Assembly: GCA_016748015.1 (NCBI GenBank)
Contig: JAAOMT010000657.1
Location: 434,001 to 498,000 of the forward strand
Length of the DNA: 64,000 nt
Origin: Geosiphon pyriformis uo1
Lineage: Eukaryota; Fungi; Glomeromycota
Direction: 5' to 3'
Shown: in pieces, positions 1-12,184 of the stretch
Layout of the letters: every line of letters starts with the position of its first letter
Numbering within the stretch: the stretch's first letter is position 1
Program-made: the position numbers and the translations under genes
The notes under the pieces: model-generated
Told to the model about the DNA's origin: nothing
Seen by the model: the letters and a program-made list of their open reading frames with translations, nothing else
Database searches by the model: none

Positions 1-3000
1 AAAAAGGAGGTGTGCTAAAGGATAGAAATCGCCTATTAAAAAATGTTATTGAAAAAGTAATTTATATTGATGTATACCTATTCGAGAGTAAAGCACCATG
101 TAATACATCAACCAATTGTTTCCATACATCAACAAAACATTTTTCTGGAATCACTATAAATTAGAGGAAATTCTTTATTGTAAATATCTAAGCAGAGGGC
201 TTTTGCATTATCATATTTTCCTACCTTCGCCAAACTTTTCCAATGATAGCAAACCTAGTTTGATCACCTCAATAAAAGCATTCGTAGCAATTTTCCATAA
301 TTCAATGTCTTCAGAATATTTGCCTAATTGAGGACAATTATATTTTAACTTCATTGGGACACCATAGGCCTATAGATGAAAATAATAATTGCCTTAACAT
401 AATAATAATAAATTTGATATTCGGGAAATCAGTAAGATTAAGACATACGGCAATTATCTTGGCGAAAACACCCTCCGAGTATATGCCTTGATCTTTCGCA
501 AATTTCTTAAAAAAATCCACTACAATTCGCATCATGGATTTAGAGAATGCAATGAAGGTGAGGCTTGTAAATTTTTTTGAAGAAATGATTTCGTTTTTGG
601 GAGGTGGGGCATTAGATTGTTCAATATGGTTTCTATGATTGCCAAGTCGTTTTTCATTCTGAGTTTGGGAAACATCCGTCATTTGAAAATATTGATGCCT
701 TCTAAAGGCCAAGGTGAGGTAGTCTGCTAACTCGCCCAAAACAGCAGCTGGGGCTCCTACTACATTCATGTCAATCTTAGCCATCATATCTCGAACTGCC
801 TCCTGCAAAGGAGTCAAATTATCCTGATCAGGCCGATACGAAGGACTTTTCTCATATAAAAGTGTACCATGTACAACTCTGAGCAATCTTTTGATCTCCT
901 CTATCCCTAAATCTGACCTGATAACTTCATAAAGATCCAAAAAGGCAATAATATATCCAGTAAGTGTATCTTGGGTGAAAATTGAAAGAGTTTCATTTGA
1001 AATTTCCTCATGCAACGGTAGCGGGGTAGGATCAATAAAATATATTTTGCTTGATTTGGTTAATATGCCCAAACCAATTTTCTCCCAAACTAGCCAAGTA
1101 GCTTTCCACAAAGGTAAAAACTGTTTTTGCATTTCTTCCGTATAATCTTCTTTTCTCGAAAACTGAATAACTGTGTGCAAGGCCTTAATTGATGCATTTG
1201 CTACTTCTTGACTTGCATTAAGACATGTATCCTGCAAATGCGATAAAAATAGACCCCAAGCTTGACCAAAATTTTCCAAAGTTATCAGCATAGCAAGGAA
1301 GTTCTTAAAGATCCCCGATACTCCATTCAGCACTAACACCTTGGTCTCGTCCCATTGCTTATCTGCAGTGTTTCTAGAGTGATGGACCATGAATCCTCGT
1401 GATTCTTGTTGCAAATTTAATTTTTCTGCATCTATACCATGTTGTTGCATGGCTTTATAAGCTCTTAAAGAAGCATTTTTTACCGAATCGAGTAATGGGA
1501 ACAAAACATTCCAAATACATGCATGCCATGTGTGAATTCCTAGCACAGCACCATTCATATCAATTGTCCGGAATAAAGTTTGATTCGCACCATTTCGAAC
1601 CTCAGGTCGAGGATCAGAGCAGATTTTAGACAGCTCTAATAACAACAACATCCATAAAGCGTTGGTGGTTCGTAAGGTCAAATCTGATTCTATCATTTCT
1701 TCAACTTCTGCCTCATTGGTAGCATTCTCTTGAATATCTTCTTTAAGCTTGGTCGTACGTTCAATGTTTTTCTCCAATTCGGCGCGTTTCGTTTGAATGA
1801 AATCAGAGACATTCCATAAAAGCCCAATAGCTGTAAGACTTATGTTCAAATCGTCCATTTGCAGACCAAAAGAACCGAGAGTATCAATACATTTTCGTAA
1901 ACATTCTGGAGATAGTAAGGCCAAAAAATCCGTACATATCAATTGTAAGCAAGGAAATGCCACACGAACTAGTCCCGTCGACTTGGAGTTAGATACACCA
2001 AATGTTGGGAGATCGACAACAGAGAGATTTTCAGCGCTAATATTCTCTGCTAAATACCCACTGCTGTCATCATCGAGCTCTCCAGGGGGTAATAATAGAA
2101 CGACACTTTTGATCATATCAAAAATCATACTCCATCCAAATGTAAACGAATGCCCTGAGGTTTGCAGAAGTTTATTCAATGTTTCAAGCCCCATTTTCCT
2201 AACTTCTACATATTGTCCTTTACCAGTGCTACTCGCAAATCGTTCTGGATTATTCACCAGCTGATTAAGAGCAAGCAGCAGCTGTGATTGCAGTTTTTCA
2301 TTGGATTGTATTTGTACTGAGCCTGCATATTTCATGATTGTTGTGATAATTTCATCCAACGATTCACAAGCTTGAACGCGAATTAATTGAGGTATGGAGA
2401 CATAGTTGGCTGTGGCAATCAAATGTGATACAATCAGATCCCAGATCACGGAAGATTCATAATTTACAAGGCGAGGCATGTTGAGGAGAGCAACTAAACG
2501 CAGCTTTTCAATCGCAAATGACTTTTCATCCGATTTCTATATTGTTAAAATATGAATTGGTATAATTTCCACCCATAAAACGCAGAAATATTTAGCTTGA
2601 TTTTATTTTGTTTAAAGAATTTCTTAATGCTTGTCTTAACAGATTTAATTTTCGCGTCATTAAACAAAGACCTAAAAACTCTTACATTTCCTCGCAATGC
2701 GGTCAATGACGTGGTTTTAAAACCTTTGCTTTCAATCTTCTCGGAATCAGAAAACCCTACCAAGAGGGTGCCTTCTAAGGGCATACCATTTGTATGAGCA
2801 CTAAGTCTACACAAAGATTTTGTGAAGGATTGTAGTGCGGCATCATCCAGATATTTGCAATTTTCGAACATCTTCTTAATTTGTATCAGCAATATATTCA
2901 AATCATTGTCGATGGCTGATTGTTGCGAGGTCAAACTAGAATTAGAGGCTGAGGCCTGAGCAGAGGTTCCTAACGTCGTTGTATTTACAGATGAATTAAT

Positions 3001-5841
3001 CCTTTTGTTCTTGATTGGGGCTGGGTTAGCTTGTAATGAAACTACTGAAGCGGAGGCTCCCTGATTTGCACCTAATCTACGAGAATTCCATGAAGAACCT
3101 CTTCCAAATTTCTGAAATAATATAAAATCTGCAAGTTGAAGGGTCTCTAATACTAAATACCAAGAATCGCCGAGAACTCCCCCAAGATACTGGGCAATAT
3201 TCAAAAGACTTTTTAAACAAGACAAATTTCTGTCTGACAGTGAAACTCCTGGAGTTTCCCCAACACCAGTTGAGCTGATGACCTGCGCCGCTTTATTTTC
3301 AGCCAAAGAGGCAGCGATCACACTAGGAGGAACGGCCCCTTTGCATAGACTCGTTAGGAAAGCATCACGAGGTGTTATTAATTGAAGCACACCGCTCACA
3401 ACGGTAAAATTCTGATAGGAGCGCATTAATCCCTGAAAAAGTTCTTCGTCCAAATTAGCAGTTAGAAAGAAGGATTGTGCTGCAAGTAAACCCGGCCACG
3501 CAATATTGGCCATGTCTTTGACAAGAAGAATTTCTTCGTGATGTGAGTGTTTCTCGAGTTTTTTGAGAGATGCATTTCCAAAAAGAGTCGGTTGAACAAG
3601 TGGTGCTAAAAAGGGCGAAGAATCAACATGAGGGTTATGATCGGCCGAATTCGTGATATTAGTCTCTGGTTCCGAACCCAATTTTTCTTGCTGCTGTTTT
3701 TGAATGATAGGGGTAAAAATTGCCATTGCAAAGTTATGGAGTCCATCGACGATTGAATTCAGGCATGTTAAAGTAAGAAAGTAAAGATAGGTTTCGGGTA
3801 TCGATGGGGGTTCAGCTTTATCCAAATGATCAATACTTTATAAATAAAAAAATGATGATTTAAATATATGATAATAGCTGGGAGAAAAATTAATAGGACA
3901 TAATAACCTGAATCAGATATTGCTTCAATCTCCCCAAGATTCTACCTACCACTGAAGCTTCATAGTTGAAGCAGCGATGCTCAAACCTGGTGTATCAAAC
4001 CCAATGTTGGTTCCTCCTGTATTATCCGAGTTCTCGAAAGTTTGGTGGTGGTGGTGGTGGATTTGTCCTACAACGGAACTAACGCCGACAACCTGGGGTT
4101 TTTCCGCAGCGAGCTTACCAAAAGCAATGATCATATCTCGAAAAACATTGGTGGAATATTCTTGGCGATCATACCACCGGTAAATAGATCTTGAAAGTAC
4201 ACCGTCAGCACATATACTCCTAAATATTTCCATCGCAATCACACGCTGCCACAATGGATTTTCCGGTTCCAAAATTTTGATGAGAATTTTGGACAAAAAT
4301 ATCTCACATTCTGTTATCTATATTTACAGAAAAACAAGAAGGTTCTGTATCAAATGGTTCAATAAGTGTTCACCGCTTTATCTTTGGTTGTGAAAACATA
4401 TAACCGCTTATGGAGCTTACCAGAATTTCGTTGAATTGTCTGATCAAAATGAAAACGATACGCATTAGCCGCATGGTTAGTGGAAAGTCATGCTTTTCTG
4501 AAAGGACTTTTATTATAAGTGGACATATTCTCTCATGCAATATAGAAGAAAATTCAGGATGCTTCATCGAAAATAGATGTAAGATTAAATTAGGGTCATT
4601 CCCACCAAGATGAAAAGAATAAAAAAGGATTTCTTACAGTTTTGAAAAGCTTTAAATGATTCGTTAAGACGGATTCGATTAATTCCAGTCCAAAAGCTCT
4701 TGATAAGGAATTAAGACTCAAAAATGTTGGCTGTTCAAGATTAATTAATAGACAAAGATCTTGAAATAAATAGTAGGCGTCTCGGGCGCAAGGTCCAAGT
4801 GCAATATCACCCTTTCCATTTATCTTAACCACTGTTGAAGTGGGTTGGATGGAGCCTGATAATTTGAACCGAAAATAATATCAACACGAGAATTTGATAT
4901 CTAAAAAAAATCAACATAACAATATAATTTCTGAAAATCAACTTCAGTTGAAAATTCATTGCTTTGAAACGCACCATCTCTTTCTTTGATTTCGTCCTCC
5001 TTTTCAACTTTTTCAAAAATATTAATCACTAATTGCTGTAGCATTGCAATAGCGGTTTTGTTCACGACAACTATTTTTGAATCTTGGAGGCGAAAGCAGA
5101 TCATTAATGCCTAAATTTCACAGTTCGAAATGATCATATTAGTCAAATATTTAAGATAACCGAATTTCACTTAAGCTGAAAACAATTCGAAGGAAAAGAA
5201 CCAAACTTCGGCCAGCAAATCTCCACTCAATATGGCGTAATTACTCAATAATGGGGGCAAGGTTTGCAATATTTTCAGTTGAATATCAACTCCATGTGAC
5301 ATGATATCATTTAAAGTTTTGAGAATCCCTTTAACAGACGACTAAGAATAAAGTAGATTCATTAAGATAATAGTAAAACAAATAAATGGAAAATTTGAAC
5401 TCATTAACAAGCGTACCTCTGGAATTGCATGATGCGATATTAACTTTTGAAGAGACCCGATAGAAAGAGTGATGAGTTTGACGTGTTTGGTCTCACAAGC
5501 AAGTAGAAACGGTCTTATAAAATCAGGGTTTTTACCCAGTTCTAGAAACAAGAATAAAAGGATTGAAGAGTATGGAAAGAAAACGTATTCGCGTTGGTGC
5601 GTTACCCTGAGAGATGTCCAGTCCAGATCGTTCCTTAAGCGTTTTCAGTACAAATTTTGACCTTTCAGCTGCCTAGATGCACAAATTAAATTTGGCGAAT
5701 TAGACCTCTTCCCTGAAGAAATATAAAAAGTTGATGGCGATTTGTTTGCCTTCTGACCTCTTTTATCTCTGGATGTTTGCGCCGAGCTTCGTTTGAAAGT
5801 TGCAAAAGTTCCGCAAGAAGAGAAGTAGTAAGCCCACTCAT
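1..5841 (-). CDS. MON2: Mon2 (Sec7-related Arf-GEF-like Golgi/endosome trafficking protein); multi-exon, 3' end runs off the window start
   Basis: ATG at 5841 reads MSGLTTSLLAELLQLSNEARRKHPEIKE. Exon ORFs contain FIRPFLLACETK, DAYYLFQDLCLL, PLWQRVIAMEIFR, LDKAEPPSIP, NISLTAIGLLW, DPRPEVRNGANQTLF and HHSRNTADKQWDET, all recognisable Mon2 blocks, separated by GT-AG introns. Confidence 0.93.
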
Positions 5842-6384
5842 GATAGTCAGAGAGATCAGTCAGTTCTTGAAGAAATAGTAAAGTGGAAATTTGACGAAGG
5901 AAACAATCGACTTCCTATTTCATGGATTATTCGAGTTTTCGACTTGAACGATGTCACCAAACTTCGTTGACGTATATTAAAAATTTAAGTTTGATCGACA
6001 CAGTAAAATGACATCAAATGATAAAGTGCAAAATTTTATTCATTAATCAAAAAATTTTAATTTGTAAATGGTCCAGAGTTTTTATTGAATACACCAATTT
6101 ACATCACATTATTATTTACCCCAGGTCCTTTTTACAAGGTCTATGTGCTTTTAGCAGAACTTTATTAGTCTAACAACCGTGGGATTACTTCCTGTTATCG
6201 ACAGACTGGTTGCTTTTAAGGTCGTTTCCGTCTTCAATCGACGAATTTTCTGTAAGCGGGAAAACCTGCCGGCTCATAGAAGACAATTAACTGATCAGAC
6301 AAATTGTATTCTATAATCTCAACTCAGATACCCCTCTATCGAAATAATCCTATAATTCATTCTAATTTTCAAAATCCACTTTGA

Positions 6385-7576
6385 TTAGCGCACCTTTCTT
6401 CCTTTGCCTTTTGAATGTTGTAATTCTTTCTCCTCATTCACCACTTTTTTGGTAAATCGTCTTTTCATTGCGGAAATCATCCTCGTGAACCAGTACAAAT
6501 TTAAAATATGAAGGGTAATATTGGCCACACTGTAAATCACGCGTATATAAATGGGAACCTGGGAAATGACGGCTTTTACCGATACTATAATTCAATAATA
6601 CCAAATCCAAAATTTACATTAGATTTGAATCACAAAATAATTATATATATAATATTTAAAAATTTATAACTTACAAAAAGTTTGATAGGACATATAAAGT
6701 CCAAATACAAGTCTCACGGACAAGAATACAAATATCAGGACGACTCCATTAATCAATTGAAATATTGATCCCGTATACCCAAGTTTATCCTAAAAATCAA
6801 GAACAGACATGAGGCCCGAAGCATTTACAGTAATCCATAAAACTAAATTAAGACACACGAATGACTCACCATGAACCAATGAATGTTCAAGAAAGGTGTT
6901 GAAAGTTCAAACATGAGAAATACGGCTCCATAGTAATTCAAAAACGGACGCTTTAAACAATATCCATTGCAGGGAATTGTCAATGGATAAACACGTAGTC
7001 TTTACAGATGACATGATATCATCTGTAAAGACAATTAAATAGTAAAGTGATTAATCAAAAAGAAAAATTGAAAATCGCTTACAAAAGCAAAGAGATACAC
7101 CCCAAAGCAACATAATCCATGCAATACAAATCCATATCCATTTTCGCGTGCTTGGTATAGAGATGCCATTGCATCCCATAAAAAGTATCTAGGATTAGAA
7201 CAAAGCAATTAAACAAATTTTTTCAAGTTTGATTAAAGAATTAAAATTCTACCCACCCACAAGCAATAGCGTATACGTTTCCAGCATATGTATCATAACC
7301 AAATACTTTATCTCGCTTAAGATTCTCGTCAAAAAGTAAATGAAAAGAAAGAATCACCACCAAAATGCAATGAACCATACTGACAGCGTGGACATCCCAG
7401 CTAAGTCGCTTATGTCCTTTTAGCGTGTTATAAGTTTTCGGACAAAGAACCGGTGAAATAAATCTTGAAAAAGCCACAGTGAAATTACATGTTAAAGTAG
7501 ACAATACAAGAACATGCCAATGATAGGCAAGCCTCGGTAACCCTATTGAGGCGAAAAAACCTTGTTCAGAAGACAT
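6385..7576 (-). CDS. TLC (TRAM/LAG1/CLN8) domain membrane protein, TMEM56/TLCD4/Tda4-like; about 5 exons
   Basis: ORF 7241-7576 (WDVHAVSMVH...FGYD...ACG) plus spliced exons reading YFLWD, GFVLHG, FLMFELSTPFLNIHWF, DKLGYTGS..QLING, F..VRL and NLYWF. Stop TAA at 6385-6387. Confidence 0.85.
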
Positions 7577-7889
7577 GAGCAGACTAAAAGAAATTTGGGC
7601 AATAACAAAGAGTCAAAGTTTTAAAAGAGAAAAATTGTAAAACAATTAAATTAAAGGAAAAAGTGGTTGAAATGGCAGAGTTGTCTTATATTAAAATACA
7701 CGTAAAAAAAAATCAAAATACCTAGTATGAATTTGGTTAGATAAGCATTCGGGAAAATAACACGCCAAACAGTTATGATGCAATCATGCAACATTCGTCA
7801 ATTTATTAAAAAGGACGGGAAAGCGGTCGGTCCGAGCTATAATCATCAATTTCTATTCCCACGGGAAAACGTGGTTCTGAGCCACATAA

Positions 7890-9400
7890 TAGCTAATATA
7901 AAATAAGATTTAAATAATGTCAATATTAAATACAATAATATAACAAATGATTGTAATGTAAATTTATAATATCAATTTTTATGTTTGTCTTAAAAAAATT
8001 TATTTATTAACAATTATATTAATTTAACTTTAATAATTTTTTTTCTAATTTTTATAATTAAAGCAAAAAGTAAAAAAAAGTAACTTTTACTTTTCTATAA
8101 TAATTAAAAAAGAAACAACTCAAAATATTGTAAATATAAAACAATTTTTAGTTGTTTTAAAAAACAGTTTTTTTTTTATGGCTAAAAATCTCTTTTTAAT
8201 TATAGTCTTTAATGGTTAAGTTTTCTTTTTTTTAAATAATTAGAAAGACTAAAGCAACCAAAAAGTATTTATTATTAATATTTAATAATATAAAAATAAA
8301 TTCTTTTAAATTTTTAAAAAAAAGGTTTTTTACCATTTCTTAAAGCACTAATTTTGTGTTTTTTGAAAATTTTAAACTTTTTTTACTATTTTAAGGTTTA
8401 ATAATAGTATTGAATAAATTTTAAGATGTAAACTTTATATAAAAAAACTTAATATTATTTTTAATAATTAATTTAATATTAATAAAAGTATATAATAAAT
8501 AAAATATATTTTTAATACTTAAAAAATTTAAATTTAATAATAAAATTTGTTTTATAATATTTAATTTTTATTTTAAAATATTTTTAAATTTTTAATAATC
8601 AATTTTTTAAGTATTTTAAAATTAATAAAACTTTTAAATTAATTATATATTATAAGTTTTTAAATTATTACAATTATTGTTTAATTTAAAATATTATTAA
8701 AAATCTATTTGTTTTTAGTTAATAAAATTTATTCTAATTAATTAATTAATCAAAATATTTTATTTTATTTTATTTTAAAAAAAACAAAAAATTCAAAAAC
8801 ATAAAATAGTAAAATAAAAACTTGTATAAAAAAAGAACTTTTTTTTCCAAAAAATATAATTTAACAATAAGCTTTGATTTAAATTGAAATTTAATAATTA
8901 AAAAATAACAATTCACGAAACTAGTTTAAAATTCATATTAAAAAACCATATTTTTATTTTAAATTTATTTATTTTTTTAAAATTAACAAGCAAACAATTT
9001 TTGATTGGTTTTAAATAATTCTTTAAAACTTAAGTTAATATATTTAAAAATTTTATACAGTTAAAACCAAATAGTAATTACTTAAACAACTTAAATTTAA
9101 AAACATTTTGTAAACAATATTGAATTAATAAAATTAAATTAAATTCTAATAACAATATAAAAACAATTAATTAAAAATTATTATTAATAAAACAATTATA
9201 ATTTTTTTTTTAAGTTTTACAAATATAGTTCAATTACTACTTAAAAAAATAAAATCATACAAGATTCTAAATTAAACATAACTCATGCTTTTTTTATACA
9301 TAATCAACTACTTAAACTAATTAAAACAGCACTATATACTTAAATTACTTATTAATAAAACATTTTTTAAAAAACCAAAACTTAATCTAAATAGACAAAA
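7890..9400. other. Extremely AT-rich tract; probably fully decayed repeat DNA
   Basis: Abrupt drop in G/C upstream of the TLC gene, no ORFs, grades into a recognisable LINE relic. Boundaries approximate. Confidence 0.6.
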
Positions 9401-11314
9401 GTATAATTTAATACAAATATAGATATCTAATTTAATACTAAAACTGCAAATTAACTCAAAAAACTACAATAACAACAAGCTAAAAACTAAAAAAGTGTCA
9501 AATCTATTATTTGAAAAAAGATTATACTTCTCATAATAGGATCTCAACTTAGCAGTTAGTAACCAAATAATAGATCTGTAACCTTTAGAAAAACCATAGA
9601 CCAATTTAACAATTAATATATTATTATTAAATCCAATACCCAAATGGCATATTATATCAGTTACTTAATATCTTAATACAAAGCTCTTAACTAGTAATGT
9701 GTACAAATTAGCAAACAATTTGGCTTCACACAAAAACCAAACAACTATATTTTTTTTAGCAGAGATATTTAATAACTCATTCTATTTTAAAATAGTATTT
9801 AACAATAATTCTTTTCTGGTATTACAATTATGTATACATAAAAACAAGTGATTAGAGTTTTTTATTATTCCATATCATATACAAACTACATTTAAATATT
9901 TTGGATTATACGGTCTTTTTTTTTAGCCATAAACAAATAATGATACAGCATTTTTATAAATTAAAACCAAAGTATCACTAACAATAAGCTAGTGTAATCA
10001 AAGCAAATCTTGCTATTAAAGTGTTAAACACTAAAAGTCCTAATCATATTAAAACTAATATTAATGCTTGTATTTACAGTATTATCAGTATATCTAAATT
10101 TTCAACCAATAAAATTAACTGTATTAAACAAACTCTTAACAAAATGATAAGCATTTCCAAAGACAAATATGTTTTCAATATTAAAAAAATAACATGACAT
10201 TTAAAAGAGCAATATAAACCCAGAAGTAATAATAGTATTGACATAAAAATTAGCATGTTTATTTCCAACAACACTAGAATAATTCTTGATTTTTCTCTAA
10301 GCAATTGACAAACTTTTTTTCAAAATAACTTAACAATTATGTTTTTTTTCAATTTAGTATTTATTATGAAAATCAAAATCAGTCACATTCTTAGTAAAAC
10401 AACATATATCCAATAATGTCTAACTATTCATAAACAAAATAATAGAGCTAAAAACAAATACACATTCCAAAATAAGAGCAATAATCTGTACTTTTACTAA
10501 AGTTAAGAACAGTAAACCATTTATTTTTACTTTAATATTCACATTAACATCAGAAAAATAAGTGACAATATTTCTACAAACACTTACTAATTCCAAACTT
10601 CTAACAGAATCATTTGTGTAAACATTTATACTATTTAATTTAAAGTTTAATAAACATCTACTAATATAACTTAAATCACAAAAATAGTTTATAAAAGCAA
10701 AATAAGAGGTTAATACCTTATTATTTGCCAAAACATTATTCTTAATAAACTTGATCAATAAACTAAACCAGCCAGAAATTGGACTCTTAAGGTCCAGTTT
10801 TTTCTATTTGTAAAAAATGTTCTATATAAAACACATGTTATAATAATTCAAAAACTGGTTTACAAAAATGATGTTAAACTTCTTAAAAAACCTTATCACA
10901 CTTATATAATTATTCAAGCCTAATATATCCAAAACTGTGATACTATTTCCAGTTTAAAAGATATTAGGCAAATTATCATTTAAGAACAAATTGCAAAAAG
11001 TAAAAACACATGTTATATCTGCCAGAAAACAATTTATAAGATTAATTAACAACTTAACTAGAACTCAAAAAAAATGTCAGAGCATTCAGCTAATGGTTTG
11101 TAGATTTATTACTTTGTGCTCAAATAACCTGTCAAGAATTTTATCTGCATTGGCAAAATTAACCAGATTAGTTATTAAATTCTCAGCCAATATTTGCTTA
11201 AACATTTTAAGACTATACAATTCAAAATAATATAAAGCTTCATTGAAAAAGTTTTTAAACAAATTGGTCTTAAGCTTTAGTTCTTTTTTTAATATTTTAT
11301 TTCATTTTTTATAT
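9400..11314 (-). mobile_element. Decayed non-LTR retrotransposon (LINE), 3' part of ORF2 including an RNase H domain
   Basis: ORF 10420-10758 contains INVYTNDSV (a degenerate VYTDGS RNase H motif) and TLVKVQIIALILECV. Post-RT sequence continues to the LTR junction at 11314. Left boundary approximate. Confidence 0.7.
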
Positions 11315-12122
11315 TGTTACTTATAAAAAGAAAATGAATATAGAAAAAAAATAATAGGCCAATAAGAAAAGAATAGTTAGCACATGAGCACATTGCTCAG
11401 CAATGTGGAGCAATATCAAGAAAATATGGCACATTGCTCAGCAAGGTGAGTATTGCTTGAGAAATTATAGCATATCACTCAAGAATGTAAACGATCTTGT
11501 AGAATCCAAATTATGTATATATAATAGTAGCATTAGAAGTAGAAAAGACAGATCTCTCAGTTTAGATTTTATCTAAGCAACTTTTCAATCCAAAAATATC
11601 AATAAATAATTATTCTCTATCTTAAATCTACTCCCACTATCAACACTTTATGTTGATACTAATTGATACTTAATCACACTGGAACAATAGCTCTTGATCA
11701 TGGCTATTGACAAGATACTAACTTGCAATTGCTTTTGTTTATTTTCTTTTATTTTCTTTTATTTCTTTGTTTTACTAATTGATTAAGAGTTAAGCACTGA
11801 GTTATTGATGTTAAGAATAGTCTGGTAAAAGACCCCAAAGAAAGAGTATAAGAATTATATATATTAACAGATAGCTTACCAGAAGGACATCTCTGTCAAG
11901 ATTATCAGCCACCACACTAAGAAAGAAATTCAATGAAATTGTGATTCTGGGAGGCTACTGAGAAGACAACAATTAAATCTCTGTTCATTATACAAAGAAC
12001 TCAACTCTAAGAAAACCTTCAGATACAACCAACGTACCAGTATTACCAATATTATTAAGATATTGAGCACCAAGTTATGGATTTGTTATTTGATTTGAGA
12101 CTCCAAATAATTATCTGTAATA
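11315..12122 (+). repeat. 5' LTR of element B (~808 bp)
   Basis: Starts TGTTAC, ends TGTAATA (mutated TGTAACA), colinear with 37465-38234, followed by a PBS. Confidence 0.9.
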
Positions 12123-12124
12123 TT

Positions 12125-12141
12125 TGGTGCTCTCTGTGAGG
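12125..12141 (+). promoter_or_regulatory. Primer-binding site TGGTGCTCTCTGTGAGG
   Basis: TGG start 2 nt after the LTR end. The same motif follows the A-family LTRs. Confidence 0.85.
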
Positions 12142-12184
12142 TATAATCCTACAGAGAACTAGTACCAACTACAACCATCCAAAA

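Noticed and set aside
116-4613. Small plus-strand ORFs opposite MON2 (and similar ones opposite NUP84, OSH3 and IML1)
   Set aside because: Antisense shadows of real exons, with no recognisable motifs.
11960-12139. Reading frame in LTR U5 that is in frame with gag up to the TGA in the PBS
   Set aside because: The frame is not conserved between A and B LTRs and is broken by a 1-bp indel in LTR 34839, so there is no evidence that it is coding.
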